Shown here: one piece after another, positions 1 through 9,778 of the stretch
How the letters are laid out: each line of letters starts with the position of its first letter
Numbering within the stretch: the stretch's first letter is position 1
DNA from: Macrostomum lignano
Taxonomy: Eukaryota
Reading direction: 5' to 3'
NCBI GenBank assembly: GCA_002269645.1
Contig: NIVC01000991.1
Coordinates: 1 to 64,000 of the forward strand
DNA length: 64,000 bases
The notes under the pieces: model-generated
The model's input: the letters and a program-made list of their open reading frames with translations, nothing else
Database searches by the model: none
What the model was told of the DNA's origin: nothing
Program-made: the position numbers and the translations under genes

Positions 1-1044
1 TTATAGCACATCGTACCATATCAGATAGTCTAGGATGAAAAATTCCTGATAACTGAGCTAGCTACTAGTTGGGCCGCATCGATTTCGATAATCGGCCTCC
101 AAAACTCTCCATCATTTTCAGTGACCTCCAAGTCAAAACTGTTGACTACGCACTCAGTATTTAGCTGTCAGTTTACTGCATACATTTATATACTATACAA
201 AACTGCATTTTATTTACTCAATGTTTCTCTTGTATTTGCCTGTTATGAGCTGAGCATTTTACCAGCCTTTATTACTTATATTTTCGGCATAGCGCATCTT
301 TGTGCTGGGTTTCATTTTTGTGCATATGAAAAGAAGTGTTTAAGAACAATTATATTTTTTTATATAATATCAGTATGTATACAGAATATATCTATTCATT
401 TCTTTTAATACTTTTTAATACACATAATATATATTATAATCAGCAAAATTCTTGCAAGTAAAATTATGAAAAGTTCACATTGTACAGGAGAGAAAAAAAG
501 TTTTGTCTGTTAATTTTACTCAAATAAAAGTGAAGTTCTTCACTTTGGGAGTTAATCAATATGAAAGACAATGCCAGCAAAAATGAAAACTGTACAATGA
601 GTGTGGGAGGCCAGTGTCAGCCAGCAAGCAGTTGAATAACCGCAGTCACATCTTGAAGCAGTGCACAATAGATCAGCATCAATGCTTGATGTTGTCTGGT
701 TAGCAGCCAGAGCATAGCCATCTTTTGTATGTTGACAGCCAAACCAATTGCTGGCACAAAAGCAACCAGCCTGCCTAGCTTCCTAGGGACAAGTGGGCTG
801 GACATAGAACACCTTGCCAGTCATTAGGTTGGACAAATATGAAGCATTGGCCAATACAAAGCATGGTAGATAGGCTTAGAAGGTAGATAAGAGACCAGGA
901 AAGTAGTTCAGGCTTGTTGCTAGTGGCTGGAAGAAAGAAATATTAAAAGGTGAACTACTCAGGTTTAATGTAAAAATGGATGCTGGTCAAAGATATACAA
1001 AAGTTATTTAAAATTATATAAGGCATTAAATATATTTGGCAACT
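1..1044. repeat. Partial unit of a ~3.86-kb tandem macrosatellite, up to the LTR insertion site
   Basis: Sequence recurs at ~13341-14390 and ~17202-18251 (same spurious 95-99 aa and 62 aa ORFs). Confidence 0.95.
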
Positions 1045-1798
1045 TGTCGTAGGGCACTTTTATTATTTTCTAAATCCCACCGCTATCGCCAAATTTGTTG
1101 CAGGGATAATTAACTATTATAAACTATTCCACCGATGTCACCAAGTTGTTGTAGGGGGTTTGGCTATAATTCTAGAATTTCATTATATTAGCTTATTGGA
1201 TTCGTTATGAGCTACTAAAATACGGCGTAACTGAGGTAAGACTATGGCTTTCACGTAAGCACGGATTGCCCTGGTAGCGCGCAGTGCCCGAGCGGCAAGA
1301 CACTGTTCAGCTAGGGGAGAGGGGGAAAGACTAAGTCCTAAAGCAGCGTCCTCCAATGGATCGAGGTTGCCCGGTGAATTTCAATTTCCTCTTACGGATT
1401 TGCTCTTGTCAGGTACGACTTTCTCATTGGTTGTTCAATTCGAATATTACTAATGGGATATATCTCCCTTTTCTATTGGCTCTACGCCTCTGCTCTTTGC
1501 AGGTACGCAATTGGCTCTTAGACTACTCGTCTTTTTCTCTTGGTAATTTCTACCTTCTGTCCAATGAGCATTCGCTCTTAGTTTTCTAGCAAATGAAGGA
1601 AGGCTTGAAACACTTCTTCAATTTTATAGGCAATTCGCCTATGAACCAGAAGGTGTAAAACTTCGGTTGCCTCTCTGGGCACAAAATTCGCTTCTATTTA
1701 TACTAAAATTGGGGTGGGGAACAAGACGCGTTTAAACAAAGTTCTAAAAATATACGTTTCCATAGTAAAGGCGGGAATTTAAAACTTGGCCTCTCTCA
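1045..1798 (-). repeat. 3' LTR of copy 1 (754 bp)
   Basis: Matches 9779-10534 apart from two homopolymer-G indels I could see; minus-strand termini TGAGAG...CGACA. Confidence 0.95.
1353..1565. promoter_or_regulatory. Cluster of CCAAT/ATTGG boxes in the LTR (putative U3 enhancer)
   Basis: CCAAT at 1353 and 1561, ATTGG at 1426, 1475 and 1510, partly inside the direct repeat TGCTCTT(G/T)(T/G)CAGGTACG...ATTGG. Function is inferred. Confidence 0.45.
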
Positions 1799-1812
1799 AC
1801 TGGCTTCCCTAA
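1799..1812 (-). other. Putative polypurine tract (TTAGGGAAGCCAGT) abutting the 3' LTR
   Basis: Position is as expected for a PPT, but it is only moderately purine-rich. Confidence 0.45.
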
Positions 1813-2306
1813 GGATAATTTTCGAATGGTAAAAAAAATAAAAAGTGAGAAAATTATTCTATTTGATACAATGAGTAGTCTATAACGCACGCCTAACAAA
1901 AAATGCAACATAATGTGAGTATTAATGGAATATAAAAGCGCGAAATTAGGTGCACAGAAAATGTGACAGTCATAAACTAAATACGGAAAGTGTGAACTAA
2001 ATATGGATGCACGCACAAAGTTCAAACAGTTATGGTGAATAAAACGGTGTAGATGATAAAACAAATGTGAAGTGGTTTTAATGAGTAAGCAAAAACACAA
2101 AGTTAGACAGTAGTAATTAGATAAGCAATTTTATAGATAGCACAATAAAAAAATGGAGCACAAATGCCAGCAAATATATGAATAAGCAGAAGGCTACGCA
2201 ATTTTATTAAAGGATGAACGCACACTACTAATTTGTAAAATTTTTACGATAAATTGCAGAGGCAGAATTATATTGCAAATGTTAATATTTGGCAAAGTCA
2301 CCTGTA

Positions 2307-3668
2307 TTAGTTCATATTAAACTCCTCTGGTAACCCACGCTCGTCCGTCCAGCCGAGAAGATCTCCCATCCAGCGTACTTCGATACGCAGGAGGATCCCG
2401 TAATACGGGTGGCCCGCCTGCTGAAGCGCGTGGAGAGTGTAGGCGACCGCTCGTCGCCATGCCGCAATTGCTTGCTCGGGCGTGTAGCTGCTCATCAACA
2501 TCTGTAGTACTGGCCGAATATGCGCCCGTTGCGGCAGAGCGCGGTCAAGACGCACGTTGGCAATTCGCATCAAATAAGCCTTGATGAGGGCTATCATTCG
2601 CTTAAAGTGCGCATGGCGGCCTTCGGGTATTTCAGCCAGAGCCCGGCTCAAGTTGGCACCGAAGTCATTGACATCAGCCGGGCGAGGGAACTGGCTCGAT
2701 TGTGGTTGAACTTGAAATTGCGCCTGGTTCGCGTCCATGCCGCAAGCAGCGTTTGATGATGGAGGCACCGTTAATATCGGCTGCGGTGGTTGCTGTGACT
2801 GTGGCGCTGGCGACGGCTGCTGCGGGGGCTGCTGCGACGGCTGCTGAGCTGGCGACGGCTGCTGTGAGTGCGGCGCTGGCGTCAGCTGCTGCGGGGGCTG
2901 CTGTGACAGCTGCTGAGCTGGCGGCAGCTGCTGTGTTGGCGCTGACTGCGGCGGACGACGCTGAGGGCGCTTCCGCGGAGCAGGCTGCCGCTGGCGGCTT
3001 GAGTGTGCTGTCGCCTGTGTCGGCTGTCGCTCTTGCAGCGGGGTCCGCGGCAGAATCCGCCGTACAGCCGGGCCGAGCCGCATCATTATAGTGGAGCGCG
3101 CCTCTGTTGGACGCCGAGCCATTGCCGTGGCGCTCGCCTCTGGTGCCTTCGCAGCCTGTCGCCGCAAAATAGCAGCCCGATTCTCAGCTGCCTGTGGCAC
3201 CGGAATCTTTGAAGGGGCTGCTCGCTTAGGCTGTGTGGGCGCTTGCACTGGCGAGCCGACCCTTTTTACGACAGATCGCAGCCGGCCTCCAGGCTTCGAT
3301 GGTTGCGTAGGCTGTCGCTCGGGCGCCTCCAGCTCTTGACCATCATTGATGGGCGGCCGCTTCGGGACCGTACTGCGATTGTCAACTTCTGCAGTTGCTG
3401 CCGTGGTGGCGCTCGTGCCAGCTGCCTCACTACTGCCAGTGTCGGCTGTTGCTTCCGTGTTTGCCATGCCGGCCGCTCTGCTGTCTATTTCGACTGTTGT
3501 GCTTGTCACTTCGACTGGTGCGTTAGCCATTTCGGCTGCTGCATTCGCCCTTTCGGCTGGTTCGTTGGCCCTATCGGCCGTAGTACTATCAAGTCCATCG
3601 AACGTATCAAATGGATCCTCAATATCGAGTAATTCTCTAAGCCACGAAAAATCCTCTTCTTCACTCAT
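2307..3668 (-). CDS. ORF3 of the LTR element: 453-aa protein of unknown function
   Basis: Open frame between pol and the 3' LTR on the element sense strand. Acidic/Ala-Thr N-terminus, basic middle, Q/P-rich linker and ~125-aa globular-looking C-terminus; no signal peptide or TM segment seen. Confidence 0.75.
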   Translation of the reverse strand: MSEEEDFSWLRELLDIEDPFDTFDGLDSTTADRANEPAERANAAAEMANAPVEVTSTTVEIDSRAAGMANTEATADTGSSEAAGTSATTAATAEVDNRSTVPKRPPINDGQELEAPERQPTQPSKPGGRLRSVVKRVGSPVQAPTQPKRAAPSKIPVPQAAENRAAILRRQAAKAPEASATAMARRPTEARSTIMMRLGPAVRRILPRTPLQERQPTQATAHSSRQRQPAPRKRPQRRPPQSAPTQQLPPAQQLSQQPPQQLTPAPHSQQPSPAQQPSQQPPQQPSPAPQSQQPPQPILTVPPSSNAACGMDANQAQFQVQPQSSQFPRPADVNDFGANLSRALAEIPEGRHAHFKRMIALIKAYLMRIANVRLDRALPQRAHIRPVLQMLMSSYTPEQAIAAWRRAVAYTLHALQQAGHPYYGILLRIEVRWMGDLLGWTDERGLPEEFNMN

Positions 3669-3733
3669 TGCTCTTCCGAAATTCTCGGTCTCTCTGGAAA
3701 TCTGTGGGGCTTCCGGGGCGTCAGGGGTCTTGC

Positions 3734-3828
3734 TTATATAAGCCTCTCCGGGGAGGGGTCCCGGGAGAGGGATCGTGGCCTCCGATTTGCTTAGACAAGC
3801 AAATTTCCAAATAACGCGCTCTCATTGG
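3734..3828 (-). promoter_or_regulatory. Putative internal promoter (CCAAT + TATATAA) upstream of ORF3
   Basis: Minus strand GAGCCAATGAG (CCAAT at 3824-3828) and TTATATAAG (3733-3741), ~70 nt before the ORF3 ATG, in the 246-nt gap after the pol stop. Confidence 0.45.
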
Positions 3829-3914
3829 CTCTCCGCACTCAATTCCTTTCTTCCAATGGGATTGCTTCCTCACGCCTTCGCGCCTGTGCGCGCCTTCCTT
3901 CTGCTTCCCGTCTC

Positions 3915-6900
3915 TCAATAGGTCAGATTGGGCAATAGGCGCCACACTGTAATCAGCCTTTTCAGATAGCACGAGCATCTGTTCGGGGGCTTGATCTGAC
4001 TACGAGTGTTGTACCTCTTCTCGGGCCTAGCCGCCTCTTCGGTAATCTCGTTTGCCTCTTGCTCAGTTTCGAGCTCTTCTCTTTCTTCCTCTTGCATTGG
4101 CTCTGCTTCCTCTACCTCACTGCCTTCTTCCTCAAAGATCTCACTATCAGACTCACTTGATGCTTCATCCTCGCTTTCTCTTTCTGACTCTGAGTTATCA
4201 TTGTCTCGGAGATTGCATTGCCAATTCAGGCGGTCTTCATCTTCTGACTCTTCAACTTCTTCTATCTCTTCCCTCCGGGGGTGGCTTCCCTTAGCTTGTG
4301 CTTCTGCGGTGCCGCGCTGGCTTCCCTTAACTTTAGGCTCTCTCGTAGCTTTATCTGACTGACTGGCGGCAATCTCTTTAGCTGAATTTGGTACTACTGC
4401 TAAATTATCTCTATGCACTAACAGCTCCTTTCCTATTAACTTTCCTTCTTCCTCCTTCTGTACTTTAAATACTACCTCTGAGATCTGCTTTAATACTCGA
4501 TATGCTGATCTTCGCTGTCTATGGAATTTATGCGACTCCTCGTTATCTAGCTGCGGGTTATTAATAAGCACTAAACTTCCTAACGGTACTTCTTTTGGCT
4601 GTTTGCTAGTTTCAGCGGCGGTCTGTCTTTGGTTTATCACCTTCTCCAATTTCTCTTTTACGAGTTTCTGTGCGACAATTAGTCTTTCGGCATGTTCGGC
4701 AACATAGGATGGATAGCCTGCGTAGTGCTTTGGGTCCTTGATCTGATTGTCCATAGGTAACACAGCTTCCCTTCCAAATAACAGGAAATGGGGTGTGAAA
4801 CCTGTTGTCTGATTGACACTGGTTCGGACAGCAACTAGCGCAGCTGGAATCATCAGATCCCAGTTATTGTGGTCTTTCTTGATAAGGCAGGTAATAATAG
4901 ACTTTATCTGTTTATTGAACCTCTCTACCAAGCCGTTGCTCTGGGCATGATAGGGGGTAGTGAATGTCTGTTTGACATTATAGAGTTCACAGAAAGCCTT
5001 GAACTGTCTGCTGGAGAATGTTTTACCATTATCAGTATGAATCCAGTGGCACTGTCCGTACTCACTGAAGATTCTCTCCTGCAGGATTTTAATGACAGTG
5101 TCTGATTTCTGGTTGCGGATTGGGAAGGCAAAGGGGTATCGCGTGGTGCTATCAACCACTGTGAGCACATATCGATGCCCTCTTCTACTCTGCTTGGATA
5201 TTGGCCCGATTATGTCAATATGGAGGCGGTGAAATGGCTCGCTAATAGGGAAGGATTGGATGGGGGCTTGGACCTTATGTCCTCGTTTGCTTTCCAGGCA
5301 GGGTATACATTCAGAGATGTACTTCTCAACTGCCGTGGTCAGACCGGGTCTCCAAAATCTCTCGCGGACTTTTTGGATGGTCTTGTCTCTGCCTAAGTGT
5401 CCAGCTAGTGGGCTATCGTGGAGATCGCCAAGAACTAGTCTGTCTAATGACTCTGGCAAGACAACCTTCCATTTTTCGTCCTCTTTCACGATTAACAATT
5501 CGTTTTCGATTCTCATAGCCTCGTAGGCTTTGCACATTTGCTTTAGCAGCGGGGGGTCGGTTCTCTGGGGCACTGGGATTTCAACTTTCGCACATTTCCA
5601 TTGCACGAGGGTTCGGATCGAGGGGTCCTCTCTCTGGGCTTCAACGATTTGGTCACGCTTCAGGGGGACTGGGAGGTAGTCAGTCAAGAGCTTATCGACT
5701 CTTCGTACCTCGCTCTCTCGTTCGTGTCTGGACATTACAGAGATTTGGCTCGATTGCGCAAGGCTCAAGCTCAGTGGCTCCAAATTGTTATCCTGAACAC
5801 AATTACAAGGGGCAGAGGGCTGGGGGACTGAATGGCACGGGGGCTGGGCGGCTAAATGGTTCAGCGAGAGGGGGGTTGGGGCAGGGCAATCGGGTATTGA
5901 GTCCTCAACTGGCGGCTGGGCCTGGCTTGTACAGCTGTCCTCTGCCTTTGCCTTCTGACTCAGTTCGGCCAATTTGGCTCTGTTGGGGAAGGGAAATTCT
6001 GGGTTGGCATTATCGCCTTGAATCACCAATTCAGTGTTTGATTTATCACTCTGGCCTGTTTCGGCTGTCTCAGCGGGTCTCCTGGACAAGCTGTCCGCGT
6101 TGGTATGCTTGGCGCCACTTCTGTGTTCAATGTCAAATTGGAACTCAGTCAGGCGCTCAATCCAACGTCCTAAGATACCCTGGGCTTCAGTCTGCCGTAG
6201 CAACCAGAGGATTGCTTTATGGTCAGTTCGGGCAAGAAATCTTTTTCCGATCAAATAGAAACGAAAGTGTCTCATAGCGTCTACTAGTGCTAACAACTCT
6301 TTTCGAGTGATAGGGTAGCGCTTTTCCGACTCTTTCATTGCGCGGCTAAAATACGCAATAGGCCTTTCGATACCATCGGACTGGATCTGGCCTAAACAGG
6401 CCCCAATCCGTCCTTCACTGGCATCGGTATCCAGAACCATTTTGACATTTTCGTCATCTACGAATTCAGGATACGCAAGCACCTCTGTTGACATCATGCG
6501 CTGTTTTAATGATTCAAAAGCCTTATCATGCACATCTGTCCACTTTGCTGAGAAATTTTGCACTCCCTTTCGGGTGAGCTGAAACAGTGGATGCGCGGCT
6601 TCAGCATAGTTTTTCACGAATCGACTGTAATAATTACACAGTCCTAGAAAGCTGCGTAGCTCTTTCACCTCTTTCGGTTTGGGCCAGCTTTTGATCGCTT
6701 CGATCTTTGCTTCGTCAGTTCGAATACCATCTCTACCTATCACGTGGCCTAAATATTTTAGCTCTCTATGGAACAAATTGCACTTTTTCGCTCTAAGCTT
6801 TAATCCGGCATTGATTAGTCTCTGGAAAACTTCTTTCAAATGAGACAAATGGTCTTCGAACTGCTTTGAATAAGTGACAATATCGTCAATGTAGGACATA

Positions 6901-8726
6901 GCAAACTTGTGCTGAATTCCAGCAAGTACTAAGTTCATTAGCCTCTGAAAGGTACCGGGGGCATTGGATAATCCCTGTGCCATCACCTGGTACTCGAACT
7001 GTCCTCTAGTCAGGGTGGAGAAAGCTGTCATGAACTTATGTTCTTCCTTAATTGGGACCTGCCAATAGCCTGAGTTAAGATCGAGGCTGCTGAAGAATTG
7101 GCTTCCTGTGAGATTAGAGAAGGTTTCTTGGATGTTTGGGAGAGGGTAGGGGAAATAGTTCACTCGCGAGTTTAACACTCGGAAATCGCTGACAATGCGA
7201 ATGGTGCCATCTTTCTTTGGCACGATGACTAGTGGGGTGGAATAGGTGGAATAGCAGGGACGGATGAGATTTTTCGCTAGCATATCGTCTAGCTGGGCGT
7301 CAACCTGCTTTTGGAGATGGGGAGGAATTCGGCGGGTAGGGATTCTCACAGGGGTCTCGTCTTTCAAAGAAATTTCGTGGGTCACTAAATGAGTTAGCCC
7401 CATATCGAGGTCATTTTGAGAGAAAGCTTCTCGGTGTTCTTTTACTAATGCTACTACTGCTGCTCTCTGTTCAGTAGTCAATTCAGGACCAATGCTAATT
7501 TCACTCACCCACTCTTCTTCAGTGGCTTGAACTTGATTGACACGGGCTGAGTCTTGTACTTCTGCTGCTGCTTGCTGATCTGATGTCGGCGGCGGCAAAT
7601 AGAGCAGATCCTTGGCCTTCACGGGCTTAGCGAGCCCTACCAGTGCAGATTTGGGCAACTTGACTTCAACGGGGTGCCGATTCACAATTTCGACGACTGC
7701 GGTGCCCTGCTGCATGGTGACCAGAGTCGGGATCATTTCGATCGTTAGCTCTTTGGCTCTTACGCCATCTCCAATCGTTTCTATGGTCATTGGGGCGCCA
7801 TAGTTAGCTTCGGCATTTTTCGCCATTCTTACTGGAATGCGCAGTGCGCTGTTCGCAGGGATAGTTGCCTTTTCTTGAGTGTACACTCTGCAGACTCGTA
7901 CAGGCATGTGCGTGTACTGCATAGGTATACAGGCTCCTTCTTTCAGGATCAGCATCCCTTTTGTCAAGTGAATGCTTTCGCACTGCTCAAGAAAGAACTC
8001 CATTCCCAAAATGTTGTCACATTCGTGGCCACACAATAGGAATGTTATTTCAATTCGAATGTCTCCAAACTCAACAGCAACGGAAATTTCTCCTTCTAGC
8101 TGTACTGTGGCTCCGTCAAAAGTAGATACTCTTCTACTTGTACTTTTAATTTGCTCAGGCTTGAAAATTTTAGACCAGACTGACTTACTCAGGAAATTAT
8201 TGCTAGCTCCAGTATCTAGCAGGAAGTCAATCTCTTGGCGATTGATGTTGCCTACTACGATTGCTTCGTAGCTCTTGGGGCTGATTAGCTCGAGTTTGGC
8301 ATTGGCTGGAGTCTTCTTGGATTTGCGGCGGCGGTTTCGACGCGACTTCTTGGGCTTGACTGTCATCGGCGTGATGACTGAGGTCTCGGCGGCTGACACA
8401 TTGGGCGAAGTAAGCAATTGGGATGCTGCGGCGGCAGATGCGGGTGCTGCAGCAGCGGGTGCTGATACTGTAGACATAGATGATGCAGGCATAGTAGACG
8501 CAGTTGGTGCAGACATAGTGGACGCAGTTGGTGCATTTCGCATAGATACAGGGTGCATTTTCGCATTGGGTGCATAAGCATTTCGCTTGCGCCTTTTTAC
8601 AAGTTGCCATCCTCCGTTTGCTGTATCACAAGCGGGTTGGCGGGGATTTTGGGAGGCCTGCATTTCGCTTGGGGCTCTGCTTGAGGGACGTGGCCTCGAC
8701 TTCCGACCCTCGCCATTCAGTTTCCC
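3915..8726 (-). CDS. pol: Pol polyprotein (protease, RT, RNase H, integrase), entered by -1 frameshift from gag
   Basis: PR LLDTGAS; RT LDLNSGYWQV, QGLSNAP, YIDD; RH DTDAS, ELLAL, RTDH; IN zinc finger H..GH..C..C and catalytic HIDIIG, HTDNG, NGLVERFN. Frame is open from the slippery site at 8726 to the stop at 3915. Confidence 0.97.
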   Translation of the reverse strand, partial: GKLNGEGRKSRPRPSSRAPSEMQASQNPRQPACDTANGGWQLVKRRKRNAYAPNAKMHPVSMRNAPTASTMSAPTASTMPASSMSTVSAPAAAAPASAAAASQLLTSPNVSAAETSVITPMTVKPKKSRRNRRRKSKKTPANAKLELISPKSYEAIVVGNINRQEIDFLLDTGASNNFLSKSVWSKIFKPEQIKSTSRRVSTFDGATVQLEGEISVAVEFGDIRIEITFLLCGHECDNILGMEFFLEQCESIHLTKGMLILKEGACIPMQYTHMPVRVCRVYTQEKATIPANSALRIPVRMAKNAEANYGAPMTIETIGDGVRAKELTIEMIPTLVTMQQGTAVVEIVNRHPVEVKLPKSALVGLAKPVKAKDLLYLPPPTSDQQAAAEVQDSARVNQVQATEEEWVSEISIGPELTTEQRAAVVALVKEHREAFSQNDLDMGLTHLVTHEISLKDETPVRIPTRRIPPHLQKQVDAQLDDMLAKNLIRPCYSTYSTPLVIVPKKDGTIRIVSDFRVLNSRVNYFPYPLPNIQETFSNLTGSQFFSSLDLNSGYWQVPIKEEHKFMTAFSTLTRGQFEYQVMAQGLSNAPGTFQRLMNLVLAGIQHKFAMSYIDDIVTYSKQFEDHLSHLKEVFQRLINAGLKLRAKKCNLFHRELKYLGHVIGRDGIRTDEAKIEAIKSWPKPKEVKELRSFLGLCNYYSRFVKNYAEAAHPLFQLTRKGVQNFSAKWTDVHDKAFESLKQRMMSTEVLAYPEFVDDENVKMVLDTDASEGRIGACLGQIQSDGIERPIAYFSRAMKESEKRYPITRKELLALVDAMRHFRFYLIGKRFLARTDHKAILWLLRQTEAQGILGRWIERLTEFQFDIEHRSGAKHTNADSLSRRPAETAETGQSDKSNTELVIQGDNANPEFPFPNRAKLAELSQKAKAEDSCTSQAQPPVEDSIPDCPAPTPLSLNHLAAQPPCHSVPQPSAPCNCVQDNNLEPLSLSLAQSSQISVMSRHERESEVRRVDKLLTDYLPVPLKRDQIVEAQREDPSIRTLVQWKCAKVEIPVPQRTDPPLLKQMCKAYEAMRIENELLIVKEDEKWKVVLPESLDRLVLGDLHDSPLAGHLGRDKTIQKVRERFWRPGLTTAVEKYISECIPCLESKRGHKVQAPIQSFPISEPFHRLHIDIIGPISKQSRRGHRYVLTVVDSTTRYPFAFPIRNQKSDTVIKILQERIFSEYGQCHWIHTDNGKTFSSRQFKAFCELYNVKQTFTTPYHAQSNGLVERFNKQIKSIITCLIKKDHNNWDLMIPAALVAVRTSVNQTTGFTPHFLLFGREAVLPMDNQIKDPKHYAGYPSYVAEHAERLIVAQKLVKEKLEKVINQRQTAAETSKQPKEVPLGSLVLINNPQLDNEESHKFHRQRRSAYRVLKQISEVVFKVQKEEEGKLIGKELLVHRDNLAVVPNSAKEIAASQSDKATREPKVKGSQRGTAEAQAKGSHPRREEIEEVEESEDEDRLNWQCNLRDNDNSESERESEDEASSESDSEIFEEEGSEVEEAEPMQEEEREELETEQEANEITEEAARPEKRYNTRSQIKPPNRCSCYLKRLITVWRLLPNLTY

Positions 8727-9682
8727 TGATTCGGGTTTCTTGGCGGAAATCGGTGCTGGTTGGGTCTAGCCGATGGTGGCTGAGACTGCGCTTGGAACCT
8801 GGGGCGCTGGTTCATTAGCGGGGGTGGCTGTGGCTGATACGCCCTGGGCTGATATCGCACAGGCTGGGGCTGAGGAGCCATTTGCTGATAACGTACAGGC
8901 TGAGGCTGTACTACAGCAGGCTGATAGTGCATTGGCTGAGTAGCCATTGGCTGATACGCCTGCACCTTCTCTTTGCGGCTTTCTGCCTGTAGCTCCTGAA
9001 TGAGTTTTCGCTGCTTTTCCAGCTCCTCTTTCTGCTTCTTGACAATTTCTGTCAGACTCTCCTTCTCCCCTTCTTCATCTTTCATCACTCTTACTCCGTT
9101 CTTGTGAGACATGTGCCAAGCAGCTTCAATGCGCCTCAACATGCGCCTAGCTTCCTGCAAGCTAGCTGGCTGCGCAAAAATCAGTTTCTCCCTTGTATCT
9201 GAGGGGATTCTGACACCTTTTATGAATTGTTCTACCACCTCCTCTTCTCGTTGCTCGGCATTCATGTTTGGGAATGCTCGGCTTGACAGCTCTATCAGGG
9301 CATCCGCGAACATGTCGGTCGCCTCATTTCTTCCCTGCATCCTTCCCCTAAATTCTTCACGGAACTCGGAAGCACTTCCTAGCCTACCAAATCTTTCTAC
9401 AAGCCTATCCTTGAACTCCTCGTAGGTCAGCTCTTCTGGCAAATTCAATCGCTGAACTGCAGCGAAAGCAGTGGACAAGTCCAAATTAGCTACTAACTCA
9501 GTTTTCCTATTGGCTACGTCTATTCCTTCGGCGTCACATCGCTGATCAAAGGCTACCAGCCAGATTCGGATGTCTTGGCTGGGGGTATACTTCTGAATTT
9601 TAATATGTCTCATGGGCCCTAGTTCTAATCTATTCCTCAACTCTTCTGCTAATAGTCCAATAGCATCGTTGATTGCTGCCAT
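8717..9682 (-). CDS. gag: Gag-like protein (321 aa)
   Basis: First ORF after the PBS. Capsid-like helical core with MHR-like FRGRMQGRNEATDMFADAL, coiled coil and YQP-rich tail; no CCHC knuckle. Confidence 0.9.
   Translation of the reverse strand: MAAINDAIGLLAEELRNRLELGPMRHIKIQKYTPSQDIRIWLVAFDQRCDAEGIDVANRKTELVANLDLSTAFAAVQRLNLPEELTYEEFKDRLVERFGRLGSASEFREEFRGRMQGRNEATDMFADALIELSSRAFPNMNAEQREEEVVEQFIKGVRIPSDTREKLIFAQPASLQEARRMLRRIEAAWHMSHKNGVRVMKDEEGEKESLTEIVKKQKEELEKQRKLIQELQAESRKEKVQAYQPMATQPMHYQPAVVQPQPVRYQQMAPQPQPVRYQPRAYQPQPPPLMNQRPRFQAQSQPPSARPNQHRFPPRNPNQGN
8720..8726 (-). other. -1 ribosomal frameshift heptamer G GGA AAC
   Basis: In-frame X XXY YYZ immediately before the gag TGA. The -1 frame reads GKLNGEGRKSRPRPSSRAPSEMQAS into pol. 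Conserved in copy 2 (25925-25931). Confidence 0.85.
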
Positions 9683-9754
9683 GGCTTCCGAGTCTATAAT
9701 TTCTCTTTGTCAATTCGACTTTTTCAGCAATATCGGGTCTTTTCACCGGATCTC

Positions 9755-9775
9755 GATCCCTTTCCGCTGCCACCA
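9755..9775 (-). other. Primer-binding site, tRNA-Leu-like (TGGTGGCAGCGG...GGGAT)
   Basis: 3 nt inside the 5' LTR boundary. The first 12 nt are complementary to the conserved metazoan tRNA-Leu(AAG/TAG) 3' end ...CCGCTGCCA-CCA (from recalled sequence). Confidence 0.85.
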
Positions 9776-9778
9776 AGT

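Noticed and set aside
121-805. 95-99 aa and 62 aa ORFs in the macrosatellite unit
   Set aside because: AT-rich, non-ATG or motif-less, with indels between units.
1356-2100. 77-aa and 118-aa ORFs in the LTR and 3' UTR; also antisense ORFs over gag, pol and ORF3
   Set aside because: No recognisable motifs; they recur only because the DNA is repeated or are shadows of real ORFs.
2307-3668. ORF3 as env
   Set aside because: No signal peptide, TM anchor or cleavage motif visible.
3915-4400. Chromodomain at the integrase C-terminus
   Set aside because: The tail is acidic low-complexity sequence ending in KRYNTRSQIKPP; no chromodomain pattern seen.
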